A DNA stretch of 13,724 bases from an uncultured bacterium. GTDB lineage: Bacteria > UBP14 > UBA6098 > B30-G16. Positions 1 to 8,491 of this stretch are shown in pieces (position 1 is the first letter of the stretch; each line of letters opens with the position of its first letter). A program made the position numbers and the translations under genes. The notes under the pieces were generated by a model, which was given only the letters and a program-made list of their open reading frames with translations, made no database searches and was not told the origin of the DNA. The stretch lies in assembly GCA_965552135.1 (NCBI GenBank), contig CBEVQY010000043.1, forward strand, positions 1 through 13,724. Direction: 5' to 3'.

Positions 1-1158
1 ACGCACCGTAAAGTCGCGGACGAAGTCCTTCATAAGGTCGCCCTCGGGGGCGTCGAACCTGTCGGAAAACTCGCTGTAAGCCACAAGGAAATGCCCAAAG
101 TGCTTGGGCGTGAACAGGTGAATGAGGTTTGCGGCAAATGTGTTGTTGCCCCATCCGACGTAGAACGTGTCGCTCTCGCCCTCGAAATCGAACACGTCCT
201 TGCTGTGGTAGTACGTGAGTGTGAGCTTATCGCCCTTCTCGAAGTCGCGGGTTAGCTTGGTGTGGATGTCGGTGAAGTGAACGGGGAAGTCGAAATCGGT
301 GGCGCCCCAGGCCCTGAGGGCGTCGAATATGAGGTCGACGTAGGTTCTTCTTGCGGCGAGCATCCACGCGCCCGGTCCGGCAAAGCCGGGCAGAGGTCCG
401 TGGAGGACGAAATGGGACGAAAGGAGGCTCACCTCGCCCGAGCCGTGGATGCGCCGCCTGTTGCCCTCACGGTTTATGATCTCAAGCACCGAGCCTATCC
501 TCCCGCCGTACTTCGCGGGGAAACCGCCTTTAATCAGGTTCACCTCCTTCAGCGCATCGACTATGAATGCGGAGAAAAGCCCCCCGAAGTGTGTGGCGTT
601 GTAGACCTCGATTCCGTCGATGGTGACGAGGTTTTGCGTTGGCAGTCCGCCCCAAATGTACAGGGCGCTTGAGAAGTCGCTTTTGGCGGCAACGCCGGGG
701 AGAAGATGGATCGCCCTGAAGAGATCAGCTTCCACGAACTTCGACGCCTGCCGCGCCTGCTGGGGCGAAACTATGATGTGCCCCACCGAGAGGTCTCGCT
801 CCCCGCCCTCTCGGCGAGCTTCGACCACAACCTCAGCACCTACCTCAGCCGATGGCGTGAGCGCTATGTCGTACCTGAGCCTTTGCCCCTCCTCAACCTC
901 GACGGTCGCCTCAAAGGTCTCGTACCCCAGGTACGTGGCGACGAGCTTGTGCCTCCCGGGCTCAACCCCCTCGATGATGTAGTACCCGCGGTCGTTCGTC
1001 GACGACCCCAGGGGCTCGCCCTCGAGGTAGACGTTGGCGTAGGGCAGGGGCTCGCCGCTTTGGGCGTCAGTCAGATAACCCGATATCGATGCACCCCAAG
1101 CCGCGACCCAAACGAACGCTATCACAAAGCTAAAAAAGAATTTTCTCCACAAGGTCAT
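1..1158 (-). CDS. TonB-dependent receptor with N-terminal carboxypeptidase-regulatory-like domain and plug domain (partial, runs off left edge)
   Basis: Not in the ORF track; translated by hand. MTLWRKFFFSFVIAFVWVAAWG (signal peptide) is followed by ASISGYLTDAQSGEPLPYANVYLEGEPLGSSTNDRGYYIIEGVEPGRHKLVATYLGYE (CarboxypepD_reg-like). Plug motifs follow: LPGVAAKSDFSSALYIWGG...NLVTIDGIEVYNATHFGGLFSAF...IKGGFPAKYGGRIGSVLEI. Same frame still open at position 1. Start is ATG 1158, or TTG 1152 with better GGAGG spacing; it overlaps the yitJ stop. Confidence 0.9.
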   Translation of the reverse strand, partial: MTLWRKFFFSFVIAFVWVAAWGASISGYLTDAQSGEPLPYANVYLEGEPLGSSTNDRGYYIIEGVEPGRHKLVATYLGYETFEATVEVEEGQRLRYDIALTPSAEVGAEVVVEARREGGERDLSVGHIIVSPQQARQASKFVEADLFRAIHLLPGVAAKSDFSSALYIWGGLPTQNLVTIDGIEVYNATHFGGLFSAFIVDALKEVNLIKGGFPAKYGGRIGSVLEIINREGNRRRIHGSGEVSLLSSHFVLHGPLPGFAGPGAWMLAARRTYVDLIFDALRAWGATDFDFPVHFTDIHTKLTRDFEKGDKLTLTYYHSKDVFDFEGESDTFYVGWGNNTFAANLIHLFTPKHFGHFLVAYSEFSDRFDAPEGDLMKDFVRDFTVR

Positions 1159-2950
1159 ACCTCCCGAAGGGCGGCATTATACACGCTCCCTGCGCCAACT
1201 CCCTCGCGACCCCAAGCATCTCCTTGGCAATCGAGACGCCGAGTTCAACGGCTTCGCGCCTGCTGCCAACGCGCTCGAAGCGCGCCTGAATATCGTCGGG
1301 AATCGAGATGCCTGGGACCTCGTTGTGCAGAAAGACGGCGTGATTGTACGAGACCAAAGGCAATATGCTTGCCACAATTGGCACGCCACGACCCTTGAGG
1401 TATTGTGCAAGCCTCTCTAAAGGCTTTGGCGAGAACACGGGCTGAGTTTGCACGAAATGCGCTCCACACTCAAGCTTTCGCTCAAGACGCTCAAGCTCCC
1501 GCTCAAAGGACGGACTGTTCTGGTTGAACGCAACGCCTATGAAGAAAGACGTCGGCTCGTCGAGGGGGTTTCCGAGCAGATCATGCCCCTCGTTGAACGC
1601 CGCGATAAGCTTCACAAGCCCGTACGTCGATATGTCGAAGACTCCCGTTGCGAAGGGGTAATCTCCCACGGCGGGCGGATCTCCCCGCAGAGCGAGTATG
1701 TTATCGATGCCCATTGCGAAGGCGGCCAGAAGATCAGACTGCATGCCGATGAGGTTTCTGTCGCGCGCGGTGAAGTGGAGGACAATGTCGATTCCCGTTT
1801 GGACTCGTATTGCTGCGGCAAGTCCAAGTGCGCTCATCCGCATCCGCGCCATAGGCAGGTCCGATATGTTGACGGCGTCGCCGCCGAGGCTTTTGAAAAG
1901 CCTTGCCGCACGCACCTGCTCGCCAACGTCGACGCCGCGCGGAGGATCAACCTCCATCGTCAGGACAAAACCCGCCCTAAGCTTCTTCTCGAACGACGTC
2001 ATCGAGCGAGGTCGCCTGCGGATGACCTCCCGTCTGCTCGGCGAGGATATGGCGACAAGCTTCCTCCTTCGCGGCTTAAGCCCCCCGACGGCTTCGGCGA
2101 CCGCGCGGATGTGCTCCGGCGTCGTTCCGCAGCAGCCGCCAACGATGTTCACGCCGTATGAGACGGCGCGCCTCGCGAACTCCGCAAAATACCTCGGAGT
2201 GGCGGGATACACGAACCTGCCGTCAACGAATGTGGGCTGCCCGGCGTTCGGCATAGCCGAAACCTTTCCGGGAAATACCCTGCAAAGCTGCTTTGCCGCA
2301 TCGAGGATCTCCCGCGGACCTCTGCCGCAGTTAGCGCCGGCGGCGAAAACGCCCTCGACGGCAAGAACGCCGCCAACCTCCTCCGGGTCGTTGCCCAAAA
2401 GGGTTTTCCCGTCGACGAAGGACATCGACGCCAGAATCGGCACCTCGGGCGCAACCGACCGCGCAGCCGATATCGCCACCCTAAGCTCCCCGAGGTCGGC
2501 GAAGGTCTCGAACAGGATGAGATCAACCCCGCCCTCGACCAGCGCAGCTATCTGCTCCGAGAAGATCTCGGCAAGCTGGGCATCGGGGATCTCCTCGGCT
2601 GACTCGAAGGGTCTCGTTACGGGACCCACATCGCCCGCGACGAAGACCTTCTCCGATACACCCTCGCTTGCCCGGCGCGCTGCCCTGACCGCCGACACGT
2701 TTATGTCGACCGCCCTGGCGCCAAGGTCGTAGTACTTCTCGAGGATGTGCCTGTTCGCGCCGAAGGTGTTCGTCGTTATAAGTCTCGCTCCAGCGGAGAG
2801 ATACTCCCTGTGAACGCGCTCCACAAGCTCGGGGTTCGATAGGGATAGCTCGTCGTAGCAGTGCCCTTTGGGCACGCCGAGGGAGTAGAGGTACGTCCCC
2901 ATGGCGCCGTCCGCAACGAGGATCCGGTCTTGGAGGTATTCGGCAAGCAT
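1130..2950 (-). CDS. yitJ: Bifunctional homocysteine S-methyltransferase / 5,10-methylenetetrahydrofolate reductase (YitJ-type)
   Basis: N-terminal DGAMGT, TNTFGAN, LFETF, GANC and Zn-binding GGCCGTTPEHI motifs of the Hcy-binding domain. C-terminal MTHFR motifs EVDPPRG, LHFTARDRNLIG, LALRGDPP, GAHFVQTQPVF, HNEVPGI. Start set at ATG 2950 (MLAEYLQDRILVADG); the track's 3412 start overlaps lolC/E. Confidence 0.93.
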   Translation of the reverse strand: MLAEYLQDRILVADGAMGTYLYSLGVPKGHCYDELSLSNPELVERVHREYLSAGARLITTNTFGANRHILEKYYDLGARAVDINVSAVRAARRASEGVSEKVFVAGDVGPVTRPFESAEEIPDAQLAEIFSEQIAALVEGGVDLILFETFADLGELRVAISAARSVAPEVPILASMSFVDGKTLLGNDPEEVGGVLAVEGVFAAGANCGRGPREILDAAKQLCRVFPGKVSAMPNAGQPTFVDGRFVYPATPRYFAEFARRAVSYGVNIVGGCCGTTPEHIRAVAEAVGGLKPRRRKLVAISSPSRREVIRRRPRSMTSFEKKLRAGFVLTMEVDPPRGVDVGEQVRAARLFKSLGGDAVNISDLPMARMRMSALGLAAAIRVQTGIDIVLHFTARDRNLIGMQSDLLAAFAMGIDNILALRGDPPAVGDYPFATGVFDISTYGLVKLIAAFNEGHDLLGNPLDEPTSFFIGVAFNQNSPSFERELERLERKLECGAHFVQTQPVFSPKPLERLAQYLKGRGVPIVASILPLVSYNHAVFLHNEVPGISIPDDIQARFERVGSRREAVELGVSIAKEMLGVARELAQGACIMPPFGRYDLVEKILF

Positions 2951-2997
2951 TCTCCACAAAAACTTTGCGCAAGCGCGCCTCCTGCGCAAGCGAAAAG

Positions 2998-4227
2998 CTA
3001 CCTGTAGCGTATGGCATCGACGGGTTTGAGCTTTGCGGCGCGCCAGGCGGGGTAAACCGCCGAAAGCACCGAAAGACCCAAAGCCAAAACGACAACGGCA
3101 ACCACGTCCCAAAGCCGTATCTGCATGGGCAGCGAGCTTATGGAGTAGACATCGGGCGGCAGCGAGATGACGTGGAATGTCCTCTGAACCCAGACGATTG
3201 CGCCCCCCAAGGCGGCGCCAAGAACAGTTCCTGCAACGCCCACCACGAACCCCTGCAGGAGGAAAATCCTGACGATCGAGCCGTCCCTGGCACCCATCGC
3301 CTTGAGAACGCCTATGTCGGTCGTCTTCTCCATAACGACCATCATGAGCGTGCTCACGATATTGAACGCCGCCACGGCGATGATAAGCGCAAGAACCAAA
3401 AACATCCCCCACTTCTCAAGCGTCATCCACGAGAAGAGGTTCTTGTTCGTCTCGCTCCACGGCACGGCGTAGAACGGGAAGCCGAGTCTTTCCTCGATCC
3501 TCTTCGCGGTGCGGCTGGCGCGGTAGAAGTTGTCGGTTTTGACCTGAATCCCGCTCACGAAGTTGCCGTAGCCGAAGAGCCTTTGGGCGCACGATAGGGG
3601 GATGAAGCACAACGTGGCGTCGTAGTCGTACATTCCTGTCTCGAATATACCCGCCACTATGAACTTCTTCGCCACAGGTTTTCCGGAGACGAGGGATTTT
3701 TTTCCGCGGCGCAGGGCGAGGATCGTCACGGTGTCGTCGGGGTGTGCGCCGATGCCCGCGGCAAGATACCTCCCCAAAACGGCTGTCGGCAATCCCGTGT
3801 CGGGATCCACAAGCTCGAAATCGCCCCAGTAAACGAGATCAGGCACGGCGCTCGTTTCGCCCTCAAGCGCCTGGGAGGCACCACGTATCATGACGCCGTC
3901 GCTGCTTTTGGGACCAACTATCGCCCCCTTCTCGTACACAAACGGCGAAACTCCTACAACACCGTCCAAAGCGCTGATTCGCTTCGCAACCGAAGCCCAA
4001 TCGCCTATTCCCTCCGGGCGGAAGGAGTACACCGTTATGTGAGCAGTCGTGTCTATGATGCGGCTTCGCACCTCCTCCTCAAACCCGTTCATGATCGATA
4101 TCACGACCACGAGCGCGCCAACGCCGACGAGAATCCCACCCACCGAAAACAGCGTCACGACGTTTATGAACCTGTTCCTGTGCTTGGCGGTGAGGTATCG
4201 GAGGGCGATGTAGGTTTCGAATTTCAT
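2998..4227 (-). CDS. lolE: Lipoprotein-releasing ABC transporter permease, LolC/E family
   Basis: 409 aa. IALRYL..K...FI, GVGALVVVISIMNGFE, GIFETGMYDYD, IIAVAAFNIVSTLMMVVMEKTTDIGVLKAMGA and YPAWRAAKLKPVDAIRY are typical LolC/E motifs. LolC versus LolE cannot be resolved. Confidence 0.92.
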   Translation of the reverse strand: MKFETYIALRYLTAKHRNRFINVVTLFSVGGILVGVGALVVVISIMNGFEEEVRSRIIDTTAHITVYSFRPEGIGDWASVAKRISALDGVVGVSPFVYEKGAIVGPKSSDGVMIRGASQALEGETSAVPDLVYWGDFELVDPDTGLPTAVLGRYLAAGIGAHPDDTVTILALRRGKKSLVSGKPVAKKFIVAGIFETGMYDYDATLCFIPLSCAQRLFGYGNFVSGIQVKTDNFYRASRTAKRIEERLGFPFYAVPWSETNKNLFSWMTLEKWGMFLVLALIIAVAAFNIVSTLMMVVMEKTTDIGVLKAMGARDGSIVRIFLLQGFVVGVAGTVLGAALGGAIVWVQRTFHVISLPPDVYSISSLPMQIRLWDVVAVVVLALGLSVLSAVYPAWRAAKLKPVDAIRYR

Positions 4228-4973
4228 GGAGCCCCTTCCGCCTCGAGGCGCGATGCAGCTATGCGCATCCTCCTACGGTCGGCGCGGGTGGCGGAGATCG
4301 TGTTGGCGATGTAGTTGAGGAAATCCGCCGTCTTGCGCAGCTCCTCCTTCTGGGCATCCCAAAGCTTCGCCTCCGCCTCCGAGGAGGGCTCGGGGAATTC
4401 GTCTATCTTCTGGAGCAGCTGGTCGGCAAGCTTTCTGAAGTTCGCCGCCTTTGCCCTCACGCCGCGCTCGCTGTGCGTTCCCCGCAGAAAGCCCACCGCC
4501 TCGTTGAGGAGCGCCTGACGCCTCTCGTGATACATCTGGCGCATCTTGTCTATCTCCTCCTGAAGTCTTTGTTGTGCGCGGCGGCGGGTCTCGGCGGTGT
4601 CGACAACGTTTACCAAGCTTTCGGAGGGCTCCTCCACGGCGCCGGCTGCTCCGGGAGCCGGAGTCGATGGCGCCGCAGCGGTCGACGCAGTCTCCACCGC
4701 AGCCGCAGCTGACGCCACCTCAAGCGGCTGAACGACCTCCTCGCCCCCGCCAGAAGGACGCTCGACAACAAGACCCACACCCAAATCCGGCTCGGTGGCT
4801 ATAAGTTCGCCGGAGCCTACGGGACTTTTCGCGGCGCTTTTGAAAAGGCTTGTAGCGCCCCAGATAAAAAGCGCAAGCACAAGGACGGGAACGCCTATGC
4901 CAAGCACATAGGGCTTCGCCTTCTGCCAGCCTGTTGCGGGACGCTTTTGCACCGGTGGTCGCCTCGCCACCAT
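4224..4973 (-). CDS. Hypothetical single-pass membrane protein with Ala/Pro linker and C-terminal helical/coiled-coil region
   Basis: 249 aa ORF filling the gap between two operon genes. AAGGGGG SD upstream; ATGA overlap with the lolC/E start. Basic N-terminus, one hydrophobic segment (YVLGIGVPVLVLALFIWGA), A/P/E-rich linker, charged helical C-terminus. Confidence 0.75.
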   Translation of the reverse strand: MVARRPPVQKRPATGWQKAKPYVLGIGVPVLVLALFIWGATSLFKSAAKSPVGSGELIATEPDLGVGLVVERPSGGGEEVVQPLEVASAAAAVETASTAAAPSTPAPGAAGAVEEPSESLVNVVDTAETRRRAQQRLQEEIDKMRQMYHERRQALLNEAVGFLRGTHSERGVRAKAANFRKLADQLLQKIDEFPEPSSEAEAKLWDAQKEELRKTADFLNYIANTISATRADRRRMRIAASRLEAEGAP

Positions 4974-4985
4974 CGCACATCCCCC

Positions 4986-6839
4986 TTAGCGCACAATCGT
5001 TATCTTCTTCGCAAACCTCACGTCGCCCGAGAACGTAAGCACAAACGTTCCCGCAGGCACCTCCTTCGGCAGCGTGAACCGATGCAGCCCCCGCGAAAGC
5101 TGTCCGTCGAAGAGGGTGCAGACAACCTTCCCCGCAAGATCAACTACCCTTACCTCCGCGCGCTGAGCCTTCGGCACGAAGAGCTTTACCACAGCCGTAG
5201 GGTTGGCGGGATTTGGCATCACGGTGCACCTGAACCCATCGGGCAGGGCGGCTTCGGTTACACCCAAGGTTGCTGCCGCAAGCGCCTCGCCGAAGTCGAT
5301 TATGCCGTATCCCGTCTCGTCGTCCCAGCCGGGTGGACCGACGTCCTGCGCGGTGTTGCGGATGATCCGATACACGCTGTCGGGCGAAAGCTCCGGCGCA
5401 ACTGATCTTATAAGCGCCGCAAGCCCAGCCGCCTGCGGGCATGCCATAGACGTGCCGGCTTCGCCCGCGTCGGTGTGGTCGCCGGGGGAGAAGGAGGTCG
5501 TCTCCGCCTCGGCAACGCTCACAACCCACGTCGACCACACCACCTCGGTGTACTCTATCGTCCATCCGTCGGTTGTGGCGTCGCCGCCGCTGCCAAGAAC
5601 GTCAAGACCAGGACCGTAGTTCGAGAAATACGACCTCTCCCGCTCCGAGTTGAACGAGCCCACAGCAAGGGTCGTGGGATAAGAGGCCGGGGGGAGAACT
5701 GATCCGCCGTCGTTTCCTGTTGCTGCAACGAGCACAACGCCGTTGTCGTAGGCGAACTGACAGGCCTCCTGTATAGCCGGGTCGGTGAGTCCGCCGAAGC
5801 TCATGCTCGCCACATCCGCCCCGATCAGGGCGGCGTATTCGATTCCCGCCACGATATCGGTTGTTACGCCGCTGCCCTCGGGGTTCACAACGCGCACGGG
5901 AACGATGCTTACACGTCCGCAGGCGCCGGCGAACATAAACCCATTGTCCATAACGGCGCCCGCGATGCCCGCACAGTGTGTCCCGTGGGCAACGCCCACA
6001 TCGGCCATATCCACAAGCGGGTTTTGCGCTATGCCGTCGCCGCAGGATGGGTCAGGCTCGCCCCAGCCGTCGTCGCCGTAGTAGTGAACGTCGGGATTCC
6101 AGTCCTCCTGCGACGGATCATCGCTTAAGCCCCCCACGTTGCCGCCGACGAAGTCGTAGCCGAAAAGATCGTCCACGTAGCCGTTCCCGTCGTCGTCGAC
6201 GCCGTTTAGATCGTCGTAGTCGTAAAGCTCACCGTCGCTGTCGATGTCCTCGCCCGGATTGACCCAGATGTTGTCGGCGAGGTCGGGGTGGTCAACGTCG
6301 ACGCCGCTGTCTATTATGCACAAAAGGACGTCCCTGTCGCCAGTGGTGTAGTCCCAGCCGGCGGGCGCATTGGCGATGAAAAAACCGTATTGGTCCTCAC
6401 CCGCCCCGGGAAGGTAATTCCCGTCGTCGACGAAAAAAGGATCATCGGGCGTGTAGGCTATGTAAAAATAGTGATTCGGCGAGGCATACTCAACAAGCCC
6501 GCCCTCCTCAAGCCTCTTTACGAGATCCAGAACCTGCCTTCTGCAGAGCTCGTAGCCTTCCCAAAACTCTTTCGCGTCGCGGCGCAAAAGCTCATCGAGG
6601 ACCTCGGGGTCAAGGGCTGGCTCGAACGTGAGAAGATAGATAGGAAGCACCCTCGTCACCTTCCTAACGCGCCCGCCCATCCGACGCGCCATCTCCTCGA
6701 TCTTTGCCAGCGCAACGTCGCTTTTGGGGTGGAAAACGACCTCGCCCGGGCGCATGTCGGGCTTCCTCCCGTCGAAGCCGGGATAAACCATCGCCGAACA
6801 CACCGCGAAGGCGAAACACACAACCCCAAGCGCTCTCAT
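4986..6839 (-). CDS. Secreted S8 family (subtilisin-like) serine peptidase with prodomain and T9SS-type-A-like C-terminal sorting domain
   Basis: Signal peptide MRALGVVCFAFAVCSA after an AAGGGGGAG SD. Catalytic triad motifs IIDSG, HGTHCAG, GTSMACPQ; oxyanion ATGN. Asp-rich insert DIDSDG...NGVDDDGNGYVDD. C-terminal PNPANP...DLAGKVV...PAGTF...KKITIVR tail. Confidence 0.92.
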   Translation of the reverse strand: MRALGVVCFAFAVCSAMVYPGFDGRKPDMRPGEVVFHPKSDVALAKIEEMARRMGGRVRKVTRVLPIYLLTFEPALDPEVLDELLRRDAKEFWEGYELCRRQVLDLVKRLEEGGLVEYASPNHYFYIAYTPDDPFFVDDGNYLPGAGEDQYGFFIANAPAGWDYTTGDRDVLLCIIDSGVDVDHPDLADNIWVNPGEDIDSDGELYDYDDLNGVDDDGNGYVDDLFGYDFVGGNVGGLSDDPSQEDWNPDVHYYGDDGWGEPDPSCGDGIAQNPLVDMADVGVAHGTHCAGIAGAVMDNGFMFAGACGRVSIVPVRVVNPEGSGVTTDIVAGIEYAALIGADVASMSFGGLTDPAIQEACQFAYDNGVVLVAATGNDGGSVLPPASYPTTLAVGSFNSERERSYFSNYGPGLDVLGSGGDATTDGWTIEYTEVVWSTWVVSVAEAETTSFSPGDHTDAGEAGTSMACPQAAGLAALIRSVAPELSPDSVYRIIRNTAQDVGPPGWDDETGYGIIDFGEALAAATLGVTEAALPDGFRCTVMPNPANPTAVVKLFVPKAQRAEVRVVDLAGKVVCTLFDGQLSRGLHRFTLPKEVPAGTFVLTFSGDVRFAKKITIVR

Positions 6840-6940
6840 CGGCTCCCCCTTGCGTCCGAAGCAATAAAAAATAAAACGCCTTGCCCCTTTGCCCTCAACA
6901 AAAATTTGGTCTCGACACAAAGCTCAACGCAAGGATTCGC

Positions 6941-6968
6941 TTGCTTCGAGCACGCGATGCGTTATCTT
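6941..6968 (+). promoter_or_regulatory. Putative sigma70 promoter for the aminotransferase
   Basis: TTGCTT (6941-6946), 16 nt, TATCTT (6963-6968), upstream of an AAGGAGG SD and ATG 6997, in the divergent intergenic region. Confidence 0.45.
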
Positions 6969-6996
6969 GGTTTGTCAAAAACATAAGGAGGAAGGT

Positions 6997-8187
6997 ATGT
7001 CGGAGCTTTGGCGTTTTTCGCGCAGGGCGCTTATGACGAAGTCGTCGATCATCCGCGAGACGCTGAAGATAACCCAAAAGCCCGGCGTGATTTCGTTCGG
7101 TGGTGGACTTCCCGCGCCGGAGCTTTTCCCGAGGGAGGAGCTCGCCGAGGCGACGCGGAAGGTCCTTATGGAAAAGGGGGACAGAGCCCTGCAGTACGGA
7201 ACGACCGAAGGCTACTATAAACTCCGCGAGCTTATCGCCCAAAGGCTTTCGCGACAGAACATAAACGTAAGCCCCGACGAGATAATGATAACCGGCGGCT
7301 CGCAGCAGGGTTTGGATATGTGTGGGCGCGTCTTCCTCGACTGGGGTGACGTCGTGGTCTGCGCAAGACCAACGTACCTCGGAGCCATCCAGGCGTTCAA
7401 CGCCTACTTCCCAAAGTACGCCACACTGCCATCCGACGATGACGGGATGACCGTGGACGGACTCAGGGAGATACTCGAAACGCAAAACCCAAAGATGATT
7501 TATCTTGTCCCGACGTTCCAGAATCCCGACGGTCGGACTATACCGCTTGAGAGGCGCAGGAAGATCCTTGAGCTTGCGAGGGAGTACAACGTCCCCGTCA
7601 TCGAGGACGACCCGTACAGCGAGCTTTGCTTCGAGGGCGAGGTTCCGCCGGCGATGAAATCCCTCGACCCGGATGTGGTCATAATGCTTGGGACTTTTTC
7701 GAAGCTTTTGGCGCCGGGGCTTAGGATCGCGTGGCTTGTCGCGCCACCCGACGCGATAGACAGATTCGTCAAAATGAAGCAGGGCGCCGACCTGCACACA
7801 AACACATTCGCGCAGTACGTCATCTACGAGTTCGCCAAAGACGGCAGACTCGACGAACACATAGCCCGCGTGAAAAAGCTTTACCACAAAAGGCGCAACG
7901 TCATGGTCGAGGCTATGAGGCACTATTTCCCCGAGGGCGTCAAGTTCACCGAGCCCAACGGCGGGCTCTTCCTTTGGGTCGAGCTGCCCGAGGGAATCGA
8001 TACGATGGAGCTTTTGCCGAAAGCCGTCGAGAAAAACGTTGCGTACATACCCGGCTCTGCCTTCTTCCCCGACGGCGGCGGAAACAACACGATGCGCCTC
8101 AACTACTCGAAGCCGACCGAAGCCGAGATCGAGGAGGGAATCAAGCGCCTTGCGGAGGTCTTCAAGGAGGCGCTCAGCCGCAATTAA
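6997..8187 (+). CDS. PLP-dependent class I/II aminotransferase (LysN / 2-aminoadipate or aromatic aminotransferase-like; stand-alone MocR-type catalytic domain)
   Basis: SSIIRE, ISFGGGLPAPELFP, ALQYG, ITGGSQQGLD, PTFQNPDG, IEDDPY, PLP-lysine motif GTFSKLLAPGLRIAW, PNGGLFLW, MRLNYS. Strong TAAGGAGG SD before ATG 6997. No N-terminal HTH domain. Confidence 0.93.
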   Translation: MSELWRFSRRALMTKSSIIRETLKITQKPGVISFGGGLPAPELFPREELAEATRKVLMEKGDRALQYGTTEGYYKLRELIAQRLSRQNINVSPDEIMITGGSQQGLDMCGRVFLDWGDVVVCARPTYLGAIQAFNAYFPKYATLPSDDDGMTVDGLREILETQNPKMIYLVPTFQNPDGRTIPLERRRKILELAREYNVPVIEDDPYSELCFEGEVPPAMKSLDPDVVIMLGTFSKLLAPGLRIAWLVAPPDAIDRFVKMKQGADLHTNTFAQYVIYEFAKDGRLDEHIARVKKLYHKRRNVMVEAMRHYFPEGVKFTEPNGGLFLWVELPEGIDTMELLPKAVEKNVAYIPGSAFFPDGGGNNTMRLNYSKPTEAEIEEGIKRLAEVFKEALSRN

Positions 8188-8190
8188 GCC

Positions 8191-8221
8191 TTGACAGAGA
8201 GGGCTTTGGGCATAATAAAGT
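8191..8221 (+). promoter_or_regulatory. Putative promoter for the tRNA-Ser pair
   Basis: Perfect TTGACA at 8191-8196, then AT-rich CATAATAAAGT (8211-8221) just before the first tRNA. The -10 register is ambiguous (TAATAA at 16 nt spacing, TAAAGT at 19 nt). Confidence 0.45.
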
Positions 8222-8229
8222 AAATTTGC

Positions 8230-8322
8230 GGAGAGGTGCCCGAGTCCGGCTTAAGGGGCACGATTGGAAATCGTGTGTTCCCGCCACAAGCGGGACCGCG
8301 GGTTCAAATCCCGCCCTCTCCG
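8230..8322 (+). tRNA. tRNA-Ser(GGA)
   Basis: Acceptor stem GGAGAGG/CCTCTCC with G discriminator. Anticodon arm CACGA-TTGGAAA-TCGTG. Long variable arm TCCCGC-CACAA-GCGGGA. T arm GCGGG-TTCAAAT-CCCGC. CCA not encoded. Confidence 0.96.
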
Positions 8323-8338
8323 CTGGGGAGAGACGCCC

Positions 8339-8428
8339 GGAGGGGTGCCGGAGCTGGTCGAACGGGGCGGTCTCGAAAACCGCTGTCCCGCTAACGCGGG
8401 ACCGGGGGTTCGAATCCCTCCCCCTCCG
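8339..8428 (+). tRNA. tRNA-Ser(CGA)
   Basis: Acceptor stem GGAGGGG/CCCCTCC with G discriminator. Anticodon arm GCGGT-CTCGAAA-ACCGC. Long variable arm TCCCGC-TAAC-GCGGGA. T arm GGGGG-TTCGAAT-CCCTC. CCA not encoded. Confidence 0.96.
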
Positions 8429-8491
8429 TTAAAGCTCCTGCACATGCAACAAAAGCCCCACAGCGAAGCACCTAAACGCAAGGACGAGCCA

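Noticed and set aside
262..1398. Plus-strand ORFs 262-672, 620-982 and 706-1398
   Set aside because: They are antisense shadows of the TonB receptor and yitJ genes in GC-rich DNA, with no recognisable motifs.
2951..2997. SAM or cobalamin riboswitch upstream of yitJ and the TonB receptor
   Set aside because: The spacer is only 47 nt and lacks the S-box and B12-box consensus elements.
2951..3412. 154-aa N-terminal extension of the 760-aa ORF in the track
   Set aside because: It overlaps lolC/E in another frame and is Arg/Gly-rich shadow sequence; YitJ similarity begins at ATG 2950.
8446..8475. Possible intrinsic terminator after pilT (minus strand GCTTCG-CTG-TGGGGC-TTTTGTT)
   Set aside because: The stem relies on three G-U pairs and a 3-nt loop; too weak to call.
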